Assembly: GCA_964438505.1 (NCBI GenBank)
Contig: CAYTKN010000013.1
Span: 7,626 to 71,625, forward strand
Length of the DNA: 64,000 bases
Source of the DNA: an uncultured Burkholderiales bacterium
GTDB taxonomy: Bacteria > Actinomycetota > Acidimicrobiia > IMCC26256 > JACPCJ01
Reading direction: 5' to 3'
The notes beneath the pieces are model-generated. The model saw nothing but the letters and a program-made list of their open reading frames with translations. It was not told the origin of the DNA and made no database searches. Positions 1 to 7,593 of the stretch are shown here, in pieces (within the stretch, counting starts at the first letter, position 1; the number at the start of each line of letters is the position of its first letter). A program made the translations under genes and the position numbers.

Positions 1-599
1 GTCTGGCGGGCGAGCTCGGCTCCGGGGAGCACGGCGACGGCGAGACCGGGGAGGATCAGGTGACGGAACCAATCGCCGAGCCCGTCGCCGAGCGCCGCGT
101 ATCCGGTGGCGGGGAACCACCGCAGGTTGATGGCGAGCACGGTGACGAGCAGGAGACCGACGACGAACGACGGCACCGACATGGCCACCGACGATGCCGC
201 GGTGAGGAAGCGGTCGAAGAAGCCGTTGCGTCGGAGGGCGGCGAGGATGCCCGCCGGGATGGCGAAGAGGACGGCGAAGAGCGCACCGACGGTGGCGAGC
301 GAGGCGGTCACGGGCGCCCGCTGCTGGATCGCGTCGACGACCGGCTGGCTGCTGAACTGCGAAGTGCCGAGGTCGCCTCGCACCGCCGAGGAGACGAACC
401 TCCCGTAGCGGACGAAGAACGGGTCGTCGAGGCCCTCGCGGGCGCGCACCTCTTCGATCTCCTCGAGCGAGGCGTTCGGCCCGGCGAGGATGTGGGCCGC
501 GTCGCCGGGGGTGAGGTCGAGGAGGAGGAAGCTGATGAGCGAGACGAGGAAGAGGACCGGCACGAGGGCCAGGAGGCGGCGGACGAGCAGGCTCAGCAT
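1..599 (-). CDS. ABC peptide/nickel transporter permease (DppB/OppB-like); only the 5' part is in the window
   Basis: Absent from the ORF track because it runs off the window edge. My translation from ATG 599 reads MLSLLVRRLLALVPVLFLVSLISFLLLDLTPGDAAHILAGPNASLEEIEEVRAREGLDDPFFVRYGRF..., a typical N-terminus for binding-protein-dependent permeases. It lies directly downstream of the SBP gene. Confidence 0.8.
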   Translation of the reverse strand, partial: MLSLLVRRLLALVPVLFLVSLISFLLLDLTPGDAAHILAGPNASLEEIEEVRAREGLDDPFFVRYGRFVSSAVRGDLGTSQFSSQPVVDAIQQRAPVTASLATVGALFAVLFAIPAGILAALRRNGFFDRFLTAASSVAMSVPSFVVGLLLVTVLAINLRWFPATGYAALGDGLGDWFRHLILPGLAVAVLPGAELARQ

Positions 600-680
600 C
601 GTCGGTCCCGCGTCACCCGGAGACGCCTGCCGGCGCCGGGAGCTGCGTGACCGCTCGTCACCCTCGCCGGTGCACGGCGA

Positions 681-2303
681 TCATTCCGCGGTCACCCCGA
701 GGTACCGCACGTCGAAGACGCCGAACTGCGCGTAGGGGATGTCGTCGAGGCCGACGACGTTCGAGCTGGCCACGACGTCCAGCTCCGGCCGGCACAGCAG
801 CACCTCGACGGCGTCCTCCACGATGGCCTGGTTGGTGGCGGCGAAGATCTCTTCCTGCTCGTCGGCGTCGAGCGACTGGTCGAAGAGGCTGTCCTGCGCG
901 GCGGCGGCGACGGCTTCGGTCGGTCCGCCGGGGTTGATCTCGGGGTCGAGGTAGAGGTCGAGCACGAGTCCCGGGTCGGGAGGCGCGGTCCGGTTGGAGA
1001 CGAAGGCGTCGAAGTCGCCGCGCCGCCATGCGCCGGCTGCCTCCTGGAAGCCCAACGCCTCGATGTTCATGGTGACGCCGACTTCCTCGAGCTGCGCCTG
1101 GAGCACCTCGGCGATGGACTGCTGCGGCTCGACGCCGGCGTAGGTGACCGCGGTGAGCTCGAGGGGTTCGTGGTCCTCGAGGATCTCGCGGGCTGCGTCG
1201 GGGTCGTACTCGAAGGTGTCCTCGAGGTCGGGGTCGTAGCCGGGCTCGCCCTCACGCAGCGGTTGCTGGGTGGGGACGCACGTCCCGTCGAGGAACTGCT
1301 CGGTGATCGCCTCGCGGTCGATCGCCATGTTGAGCGCCTCCCGCACCTCGAGGGAGTCGAGGCCGGGGGTGTCGAGGTTGAACTGGAACATGATGGCGCT
1401 GAGGCGCTCGTAGGTGTGCATGTGGAACTCGTCGCTGTCGGCGAGGTCCTCGGCCTGCGAGCGGGTCTGCGACTTGGAGTTGATGACATCGATCTCGCCT
1501 CGCTCCAGGCCGTTGAAGCGGGCGGAGTCGTCGGGGACGCCCTGGAGGGTGAACTCGGCGACCTTCTGGGCCTCGGGGCCGCCCCAGTAGTCGCCGGGGG
1601 CACGGACGTAGGTGGCGGTCTCGCCGGTCTGGAACCGGTCCTGGTCGAGGACGTAGGGGCCGGTGCCGACGGGGTTGAGGTCGAGCTCGGGGTCGTCGAG
1701 GGCGGCCGGACTCACCATCATGCCGACGGGGCCCGCGAGGTCCAGCGGCAGGGAGCGGGCGCTGTCGTTGACGTGGAACCTCACGGTGTGGTCGTCGACG
1801 ATCTCGACCTCTTCGATGACGGAGAGCTGCCCTTCGGCGGTGGAGCCCTCGACGGTCTGGCCGCGCTCGATGTTGGCTCTCACGGCTTCGGCGTCGAAGG
1901 GTGTCCCGTCGTGGAACTCGACGCCTTCGCGCAGCTCCATCTCGAAGACGGAGCCGTCGTCGGTGAAGCCCCACTCGGTGGCGAGCATGGGCGCGAGGGT
2001 CAGGTCGCTCTGGAGGAGGGTGAGGCGGTCGTAGATGGGGTTCATGAAGGGCAGCTCACCGGTCTGGGTGGGCGCGGTGTGCGGGTCGAACACTGTCGGC
2101 CCGACCGTCCACGCGAGGGTGAAGGAGCCGTCGCGGTCGAGCTCCTCCGAATCATCCGACGCTTCGGTGGTCGTGGTGGCGGAGTCGCCGTCGCCGGCCG
2201 CGCTGTCGTCCGCGTCGTCGTCGCCGTCGCAGGCGGCGAGCAGGCCGCCGAGCAGTACGGCTGCCAGAGCGAACACGAGCGCACTCCGCCTGAATCGCCC
2301 CAT
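681..2303 (-). CDS. ABC transporter substrate-binding lipoprotein, family 5 (peptide/nickel type)
   Basis: The track ORF is 681..2336 with a TTG start. An in-frame ATG at 2303 is preceded by GAGGTGG. The protein has a lipoprotein-like signal (LAAVLLGGLLAAC) followed by a family-5 SBP-sized body of about 500 aa. Confidence 0.85.
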   Translation of the reverse strand: MGRFRRSALVFALAAVLLGGLLAACDGDDDADDSAAGDGDSATTTTEASDDSEELDRDGSFTLAWTVGPTVFDPHTAPTQTGELPFMNPIYDRLTLLQSDLTLAPMLATEWGFTDDGSVFEMELREGVEFHDGTPFDAEAVRANIERGQTVEGSTAEGQLSVIEEVEIVDDHTVRFHVNDSARSLPLDLAGPVGMMVSPAALDDPELDLNPVGTGPYVLDQDRFQTGETATYVRAPGDYWGGPEAQKVAEFTLQGVPDDSARFNGLERGEIDVINSKSQTRSQAEDLADSDEFHMHTYERLSAIMFQFNLDTPGLDSLEVREALNMAIDREAITEQFLDGTCVPTQQPLREGEPGYDPDLEDTFEYDPDAAREILEDHEPLELTAVTYAGVEPQQSIAEVLQAQLEEVGVTMNIEALGFQEAAGAWRRGDFDAFVSNRTAPPDPGLVLDLYLDPEINPGGPTEAVAAAAQDSLFDQSLDADEQEEIFAATNQAIVEDAVEVLLCRPELDVVASSNVVGLDDIPYAQFGVFDVRYLGVTAE

Positions 2304-2462
2304 GAGACCCCACCTCTTCGAATTCAGTAGCAGCAAATGTGAACGAGGTCACGCTACCCGACCGCCAAATTGAGTACAAGGGATTTGGCGGAGGGGCGGA
2401 ACGCCGCGGCCGGGCCGCCGCGATCGGGCCGCCGCGATCGGATCAGCGGTCCCCGGAAGGTC

Positions 2463-2507
2463 CTGTGTGTGCATTTGGTGGCGCTATGCGCCACAATGCA
2501 CACACAG
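2463..2507 (-). terminator. Imperfect hairpin downstream of the 2593..3042 gene
   Basis: CTGTGTGTGCATT-TG-GTGGCGC-TAT-GCGCCAC-AATGCACACACAG gives 13 + 7 bp of stem with a 2-nt bulge and a 3-nt loop. It lies 86 nt past the minus-strand stop. No T/U tract follows. Confidence 0.4.
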
Positions 2508-2512
2508 GGGAG

Positions 2513-2566
2513 CGCTGGACGACCCAGGAGGGCTGGACGACTCAGGAGGGCTGGACGGGTCAGGGC
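2513..2566. repeat. 18-bp tandem repeat x3 (GGCTGGACGACTCAGGAG-like)
   Basis: The units are 2513-2530, 2531-2548 and 2549-2566, with 2-4 mismatches each. The array is intergenic, between the stop at 2593 and the hairpin. Confidence 0.7.
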
Positions 2567-2592
2567 CGGGGGTCGGTGCGGCGAGCCGCGGC

Positions 2593-3042
2593 TCAGGAGT
2601 TCTGGCCGCGGTGCTCGCCGGTGTGGCCGGGTGCGTCGCCGCTGCGGCCGGGCCGGCGGAGCTCGTCGTCACCCCCGTCGTCTCCCCCGTCGCCGTCACC
2701 GTGTCCGGGCAGGCAGCCGGTGCAGTCGGTGCTCCCGGCGATGATGAAGCTGCCGGCGTCGAGGGCGCGCGCGGTGATGAGGTCGGCGCTGCCGGGGAGT
2801 CCCCCGTCGCTGATGATCTCGCCGGGTTCGGTGGTGCCGCTGATGCGGGTGACCTCGTCGCCCTCGACGATCACGACCTCGAAGGAGCCCGAGGCGGTGT
2901 AGGCCCCGTCCTCGGTGGGCTCGTACGAGCAGGGCTGGAGCGGGTGGAACGAGGGACACACCTCGGGTCGCGCCTCGGCGCTCGGTAGGGCCACGCCGAG
3001 CAGCGCCGCCGTCGCCGCCACCAGGATCAACGCTCTGGACAT
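2593..3042 (-). CDS. Small secreted Cys-containing protein of unknown function, with an acidic Gly/Asp tail
   Basis: Track ORF. GGAGGA lies about 5 nt upstream of ATG 3042. The signal peptide is MSRALILVAATAALLGVALPSAEA. A CTGC motif is present, and the C-terminal tail reads GDGDGGDDGGDD...SGDAPGHTGEHRGQNS. Confidence 0.6.
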   Translation of the reverse strand: MSRALILVAATAALLGVALPSAEARPEVCPSFHPLQPCSYEPTEDGAYTASGSFEVVIVEGDEVTRISGTTEPGEIISDGGLPGSADLITARALDAGSFIIAGSTDCTGCLPGHGDGDGGDDGGDDELRRPGRSGDAPGHTGEHRGQNS

Positions 3043-3180
3043 GCCGCTCCTCCTCGGGTCGAGAGCTGCTGGGTCATCTCGCGTGCCTTCGCAGTGCCTT
3101 TGCTGCCTTCGTGATGTCTCGATGCCTCCGGTGGGCGGCGCGACGCCTCGCGGCGTTCCCGTCGTCCTCGCCGGGACGCC

Positions 3181-3807
3181 TCAGCTCTGGTGGCCGGGGG
3201 CGTCCTCGCTCTTGCCGAGCTCCTTGTCGGGGTTGCCGCGCTCGCGGTCCTCCTGGCCTGGGGCGTCGCCGCTGTTGCCGGGCGACTCGTCGCCGCCGTC
3301 GCCACCCTCGCCGACCACCTGGATCTCGCCGGTCATGCCGAGGGTCTGGTGGTGGCGGCACACGTACGGGTAGGTGCCGGGCTCGTCGAAGGTGACGGTG
3401 AAGCTGTCGCCGCCGTCGGGCCGGACGAGCTCGGGTTCGAAGCCGAAGTCGCCGCCCCAGGTGGTGAAGCTGTCGGGGCCGCCGGTGCTGGTGACGCTGT
3501 GGCAGTGGTCGCCGACCCACTGCCAGGTGACGGTGTCCCCGACCTCGACGACGGTGGTCGACGAGACGGTCTCGGTGTCGAGGAAGAGGTTGCCGCTGAC
3601 GATCACGGTGGCGTCGCTCTCGGGAGGTGGCTCCTCGAGCTCCTGGCCGCAGTCGCCGAGCGGGTCGCCGGGGAACAGCGGGAAGAAGTGGACGGCGAGG
3701 GCGCCGCCGGGGAGGAGCAGCGCCCAAGCCGCCACGCTCGCGAGCGAGACCGTGAGCTTCCTGCGCGGAGTGCCCGTCCGCTCGCCATGCCGCCGGAGTC
3801 GCCCCAT
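3181..3807 (-). CDS. Cupredoxin (plastocyanin/amicyanin-like type-1 copper protein), probably exported
   Basis: YPYVCRHHQTLGMTGEI matches the type-1 copper pattern C-x2-H-x4-M, with an upstream His in GDHCHSV. The signal contains RR (TPRRKLTVSLASVAAWALLL). ATG 3807 has GGGAGG upstream; the track ORF extends to 3924. Confidence 0.8.
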   Translation of the reverse strand: MGRLRRHGERTGTPRRKLTVSLASVAAWALLLPGGALAVHFFPLFPGDPLGDCGQELEEPPPESDATVIVSGNLFLDTETVSSTTVVEVGDTVTWQWVGDHCHSVTSTGGPDSFTTWGGDFGFEPELVRPDGGDSFTVTFDEPGTYPYVCRHHQTLGMTGEIQVVGEGGDGGDESPGNSGDAPGQEDRERGNPDKELGKSEDAPGHQS

Positions 3808-3942
3808 GACACCCAACCTCCCCATGATGGAAAAGTATCCTCTATTCGGAGCATGAGAGCACGGCGGCACGAAGCTGTCAACCCTCGTGCATCGGGAACG
3901 CAGCGAGCGCGGCCGGTCGACCACGCGTATCGGCCGGCGCGG

Positions 3943-5436
3943 TCAGTCGAAGGGCACTGGCGGCAGGCGCGCCGGGTCGGCGAAGCGGTTCTCGACACAC
4001 TCCGGCCCGTCCTCGGAACCCGTTCCGGGCACCAGGTCGTAGGTGCGCCGCTCGATCTCGAGGTCGCCGCCGATGCCGCGCACCTTGACGTAGTCGACCG
4101 TCCAGAGGCACCCCCGTGCGAACCGCAGGAGCTGCGCCTCGTACGGCTGGTCCTGCTCGATGGTGAAGTCTTCGAGCCCGCTGGCTCCGCTGGTCCCCAC
4201 CGCGAGGCGCAGCGTCCCGTCCCGCTCCTCGCTGCTGCGCTCGTGCCAGTGGCCGTTGAGGATCAGCGGGACCTCGCCGAAGGACTCGGCGGCGAGGGCC
4301 GGGTTGTGCACGGCGAGCACGTCGGGGTCCTGGGCCCGCACCAGGGAGGCCACCTCGTCGGCGTGGTCCTCGACGATGGCGGCGGCGCGCTGCGGCGCAA
4401 GCTCGTTCGAGGCGGTGAAGGTCGGGTCGCGCACCCCCAGGACGTCGACGCCACCCACGGTGACGGTCCGGCCGTCGACGAGCTCCACGTTGTCGGCCCG
4501 GGCGACGGCGCGGGCGTTGAACACGGAGTCGTGGTTGCCGGGCACGAACAGGTAGCGGGTGTCGATCTCGGCGACCTGGTCGGCGATGCGCGCCTCGACG
4601 GGGAGGCCGAACGAGGTGAGGTCGCCGGTGTCGAGGACGGCGTGGACGTCGAAGCTCTCGGCGAGGCGCCCGACGACCTCCACCCCGAGGGGATTGGAGT
4701 GGATGTCGCTCACGTGGAGGATGCGCGTCTCGAACGCTCCGGGCCGCGGGCCGCGGCTGTCGGCGAACGCGGTGGCGTAGAGCTCGGTCACCTGCCGCCC
4801 GAGCGTCTGGATGCGCTCGCGCACCGCACCGAAGCCCTCGACGTGGCGGCGGACGGCTTCGATGACCGCCGGCGCGCGCTCGACCGCCCCGGTGTAGGTG
4901 GGCTGGGCGAAGGCCTGGGTGTCGAAGGTCCGCCAGGTGAGCCCGAGGAGGCCGCCGACGGCCACGAGCCCCCCGACGGCGGCCACGCCGACCTGCTTCC
5001 AGCGCAGGCGCGACACGAGGGCGCCGGCGAGGGCGCCGCCGGCGAGGCCCGCGAGGACCGAGCGGACGGCGAAGCTGCGAACGAGGTCTCCCACGTCCGA
5101 CTCGGCCTGCTCGAACAACTGCCGCGTGGGGCGCTCGGCGGTGAGGAGGTGTTGCAGCTCGTTGATGTCGACCGACTCCACCCTGGCGTCGACGAGGAGC
5201 GGCGTGGCGTGGGTCGAGGCGCCGACCGAGCCGAGCGGTGGCACGCCGACCTCGGTGCGTCCGTCGAGAGCGCCCTCGGCGCGCAGGGCGATCGTGCCGG
5301 GGCCGACGTCGCCTCGGGTCGGGGGGCTGAGTCCCAGCGCGAGGATCCCGCCGACGGCGCCGACCAGCGCCGTCGCGGCCACGAGGAGGAGCGCCCGCCG
5401 CCGTCCGCCGGCGGGCGCCCACCCGGGTGTCCTCAT
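3943..5436 (-). CDS. Membrane-anchored calcineurin-like metallophosphoesterase
   Basis: Phosphoesterase motifs are present: HVSDIHSN, DTGDLT, VPGNHD and NGHWH. The N-terminal half has hydrophobic segments. ATG 5436 overlaps the dprE2 stop (ATGA); the track ORF extends to 5499. Confidence 0.8.
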   Translation of the reverse strand: MRTPGWAPAGGRRRALLLVAATALVGAVGGILALGLSPPTRGDVGPGTIALRAEGALDGRTEVGVPPLGSVGASTHATPLLVDARVESVDINELQHLLTAERPTRQLFEQAESDVGDLVRSFAVRSVLAGLAGGALAGALVSRLRWKQVGVAAVGGLVAVGGLLGLTWRTFDTQAFAQPTYTGAVERAPAVIEAVRRHVEGFGAVRERIQTLGRQVTELYATAFADSRGPRPGAFETRILHVSDIHSNPLGVEVVGRLAESFDVHAVLDTGDLTSFGLPVEARIADQVAEIDTRYLFVPGNHDSVFNARAVARADNVELVDGRTVTVGGVDVLGVRDPTFTASNELAPQRAAAIVEDHADEVASLVRAQDPDVLAVHNPALAAESFGEVPLILNGHWHERSSEERDGTLRLAVGTSGASGLEDFTIEQDQPYEAQLLRFARGCLWTVDYVKVRGIGGDLEIERRTYDLVPGTGSEDGPECVENRFADPARLPPVPFD

Positions 5437-6200
5437 GCCCGTTCGGAGAGGCGCCGCCACAGCGGGCGCGGCAGCACCCGCAGGAGGGGCGCGACCCACC
5501 GCAGCGCCGGTGGGGCGTGGACGACCGACGAACCGCGGTCGAGGCCGCGGAGCACCTGGGCGGCGACGACCTCCTTGGTGGTGGCGAAGGGCGCGGGTGG
5601 CCTGCCGGCGGTCATCCGGGTGTGAACGAAGCCGGGGCGCACGGTGAGGACGTGGACGGCGCTTCGGGCGAGACGGTCGCCGAGGCCCTGCGAGAGGGCG
5701 TCGAGGCCGGCCTTGGCGGACGCGTAGACGTAGTTGTTCCGTCGGGGACGCACCGCGGCGACCGAGGAGAGCACGACGAGGTGGCCGTGCCCCTGCTCCT
5801 CGAGGTGCCGGGCGAGCGGCGTGCAGATCGAGACGGCCCCGAGGTAGTCGACGGCGGCGATCTCCAGGGCGTGGTCGAGGTTCGCCTCGGCCTCCTCCTG
5901 GTCGCCGAGGATCCCGAAGGCGAGGATCGTCACGTCGCGGTCGCCGTGCTCCTTCCAGATCCGTGCGATCAGGTCCTCGTGGGAGTCGGTGTCGGCGGCG
6001 TCGAGGTCGACGGTGTGGACCTCCGCCCCGGCGGCTTCGAGCTGCGCGGCGGCCGCGGGGCGCCGGGGGGTGTCGCGGGCGGCGAGGACCACGTCGCGGG
6101 CGCCGCGCTCGGTGACCAGCTCGGAGGCGACGGCGAGGCCGATCTCGGAGGTGCCGCCGAGCAGCAGGACGCTGCCGACGCGGCCGAGCCCGTCCCTCAC
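5433..6200 (-). CDS. dprE2: Decaprenylphospho-2'-keto-ribose reductase (DprE2-like SDR)
   Basis: This is the last 255 aa of track ORF 5433..7556. It has GGTSEIG and YVYASAKAG (YxxxK). GTG 6200 overlaps the dprE1 stop (GTGA). The longer upstream ORF part is Arg/Pro-rich off-frame noise. Confidence 0.8.
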   Translation of the reverse strand: MRDGLGRVGSVLLLGGTSEIGLAVASELVTERGARDVVLAARDTPRRPAAAAQLEAAGAEVHTVDLDAADTDSHEDLIARIWKEHGDRDVTILAFGILGDQEEAEANLDHALEIAAVDYLGAVSICTPLARHLEEQGHGHLVVLSSVAAVRPRRNNYVYASAKAGLDALSQGLGDRLARSAVHVLTVRPGFVHTRMTAGRPPAPFATTKEVVAAQVLRGLDRGSSVVHAPPALRWVAPLLRVLPRPLWRRLSERA

Positions 6201-7591
6201 GGTGCCGCCCCTCCGCCTCGGTCGCGCGCGACGCCGTCGGCGACGAGGTCGAGGCGGCGGGCGAGGTCGGTGCGGAGCCTCCGGCGCGGGTCGAGGCGGT
6301 CGCGCGTCCGGCGCCACGTCTCGACTCGGGGGTACATGGAGCGGAAGGCGTCGGGGCGGAGGCACGCGTCCTTGGCGAGGTAGACGCGGCCTCCCGCGGC
6401 GGCGACCTGCTCGTCGAAGCCGGCGAGCAGCGGACGCAGGCGGGGGTGGCCGGCGGGGAGATCGAGGGCGAGGGTCCATCCCTCGATGGGGAACGAGAGG
6501 GGTGCGGCGTCGCCGGCGCCGAAGCGCTTGAGGACGGCGAGCCCGCAGGGGACCCGCTCGCGCTCGAGCGCTTCGAGGACGGCGGCGAGCAGGCCGGTGC
6601 AGGTGGGCGGCACCGCGAGCTGGTACTGGACGAACCCGCGGGGCCCGTAGAGGGCGGGCCAGTCGGCGACGCGGTCGAGGGGGTAGAAGAACGTGTCGAG
6701 GGCGGTGAGGCGCGTGGTCGGACGCCGGGGCGCGGCGCGCCAACGCATCTCGTTGAGCATGCGGACCGATGCGCGGTTGACGAGGCCGACCGGGGAGGGC
6801 GGGACGGCTCGGCGGGTGCGGGACGCGAGGTCGAGGGGGTGGTGACGGAGCGCCTCGGGGAGCTCGTCGAGGGTGGCGTGCTCGGCGGTGGAGACGACGC
6901 CGCGGCCCAGCCGGCTGCCGGTCGCCGTGGTGTCGAGCCAGGCGACGGCGTAGCGGTCGGGGGTGGAGGCGAGCGCGTCGAGGGCGGCGTCGAGGTCGGG
7001 CGCGCGTTGCTCGGTGACCCGCATCGTGGCGGTCTCGACGGGTCGCAACGCCAGGGTGGCGCGGGTGACGACGCCGGTGAGGCCCATCCCGCCGACGGTC
7101 ACCCGGAACGTGTCGGGGTCGTGGCGCTCGTCGACGTCCCGCACGCCCTCGGGGGTGACGAGGCGGAAGCTGTCGACGTGGCGGCCGAAGCTGCCGTCGG
7201 CTGGGTGGTTCTTGCCGTGCACGTCGGCGGCGATCGCCCCGCCGACGGTGACGTGCGCGGTGCCGGGGGTGACGGGCACGAACCAGCCTTCGGGGACGAC
7301 CGCTCGGGCGAGCTCGCTGATCGACGTGCCGGCGCCGACGGCGACCCGTCCGGTGGCGGGATCGAGGGCGAGCGGACCCTTCAGGCCGGTGGTGTCGAGC
7401 ACGTGGCCGCCGGCGTTCAGCGCGGCGTCGCCGTAGCTGCGGCCGAGGCCTCGGGGGGCGACCCCCCGCGCGGCGCCGTCGTCGAGCGCGGCGGCGACGT
7501 CGCCGGTGCAGGCGACGGGGACGACGTCGCTCGCCGATCGGAGAGTCCGGCCCCATCCGCTGAGGACGCGGCGCTCGGCGGGCTCGGGCAT
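6197..7591 (-). CDS. dprE1: FAD-dependent decaprenylphosphoryl-beta-D-ribose 2'-oxidase (DprE1-like)
   Basis: 464 aa counted from ATG 7591. GWGRT, RGLGRSYGD, VTVGGAIAADVHGKNH and SFPIEGW are collinear with mycobacterial DprE1 as I recall it. Confidence 0.85.
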   Translation of the reverse strand: MPEPAERRVLSGWGRTLRSASDVVPVACTGDVAAALDDGAARGVAPRGLGRSYGDAALNAGGHVLDTTGLKGPLALDPATGRVAVGAGTSISELARAVVPEGWFVPVTPGTAHVTVGGAIAADVHGKNHPADGSFGRHVDSFRLVTPEGVRDVDERHDPDTFRVTVGGMGLTGVVTRATLALRPVETATMRVTEQRAPDLDAALDALASTPDRYAVAWLDTTATGSRLGRGVVSTAEHATLDELPEALRHHPLDLASRTRRAVPPSPVGLVNRASVRMLNEMRWRAAPRRPTTRLTALDTFFYPLDRVADWPALYGPRGFVQYQLAVPPTCTGLLAAVLEALERERVPCGLAVLKRFGAGDAAPLSFPIEGWTLALDLPAGHPRLRPLLAGFDEQVAAAGGRVYLAKDACLRPDAFRSMYPRVETWRRTRDRLDPRRRLRTDLARRLDLVADGVARDRGGGAAP

Positions 7592-7593
7592 GG

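Noticed and set aside
2463-2507. The GT/CA-rich hairpin as a fourth, degenerate copy of the 49-nt palindrome
   Set aside because: Both are alternating purine/pyrimidine hairpins, and copy 1 also has a TAT loop. Arm sequences nevertheless align only at about 13 of 19 positions in one orientation, and the outer/inner order of the motifs differs. That is insufficient to claim homology.
3190-5625. Long ORFs antisense or off-frame to real genes (e.g. 3190..5625+, 7898..10738-, 12011..14143-, 17272..18858-, 18452..20680-, 37341..40601+, 41259..44504+)
   Set aside because: Their translations are Arg/Gly/Pro/Ala-rich low-complexity strings with no motifs. This is typical of non-coding frames in DNA of more than 70% GC. 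Each fully overlaps a gene with clear family signatures on the other strand or in another frame.
5433-7556. Single 707-aa ORF covering dprE2 and the region upstream of it
   Set aside because: Only the last 255 aa look like a protein (SDR motifs). The upstream 450 aa are Arg/Pro noise read out of frame across dprE1. A GTG at 6200 gives the expected size and a GTGA junction.
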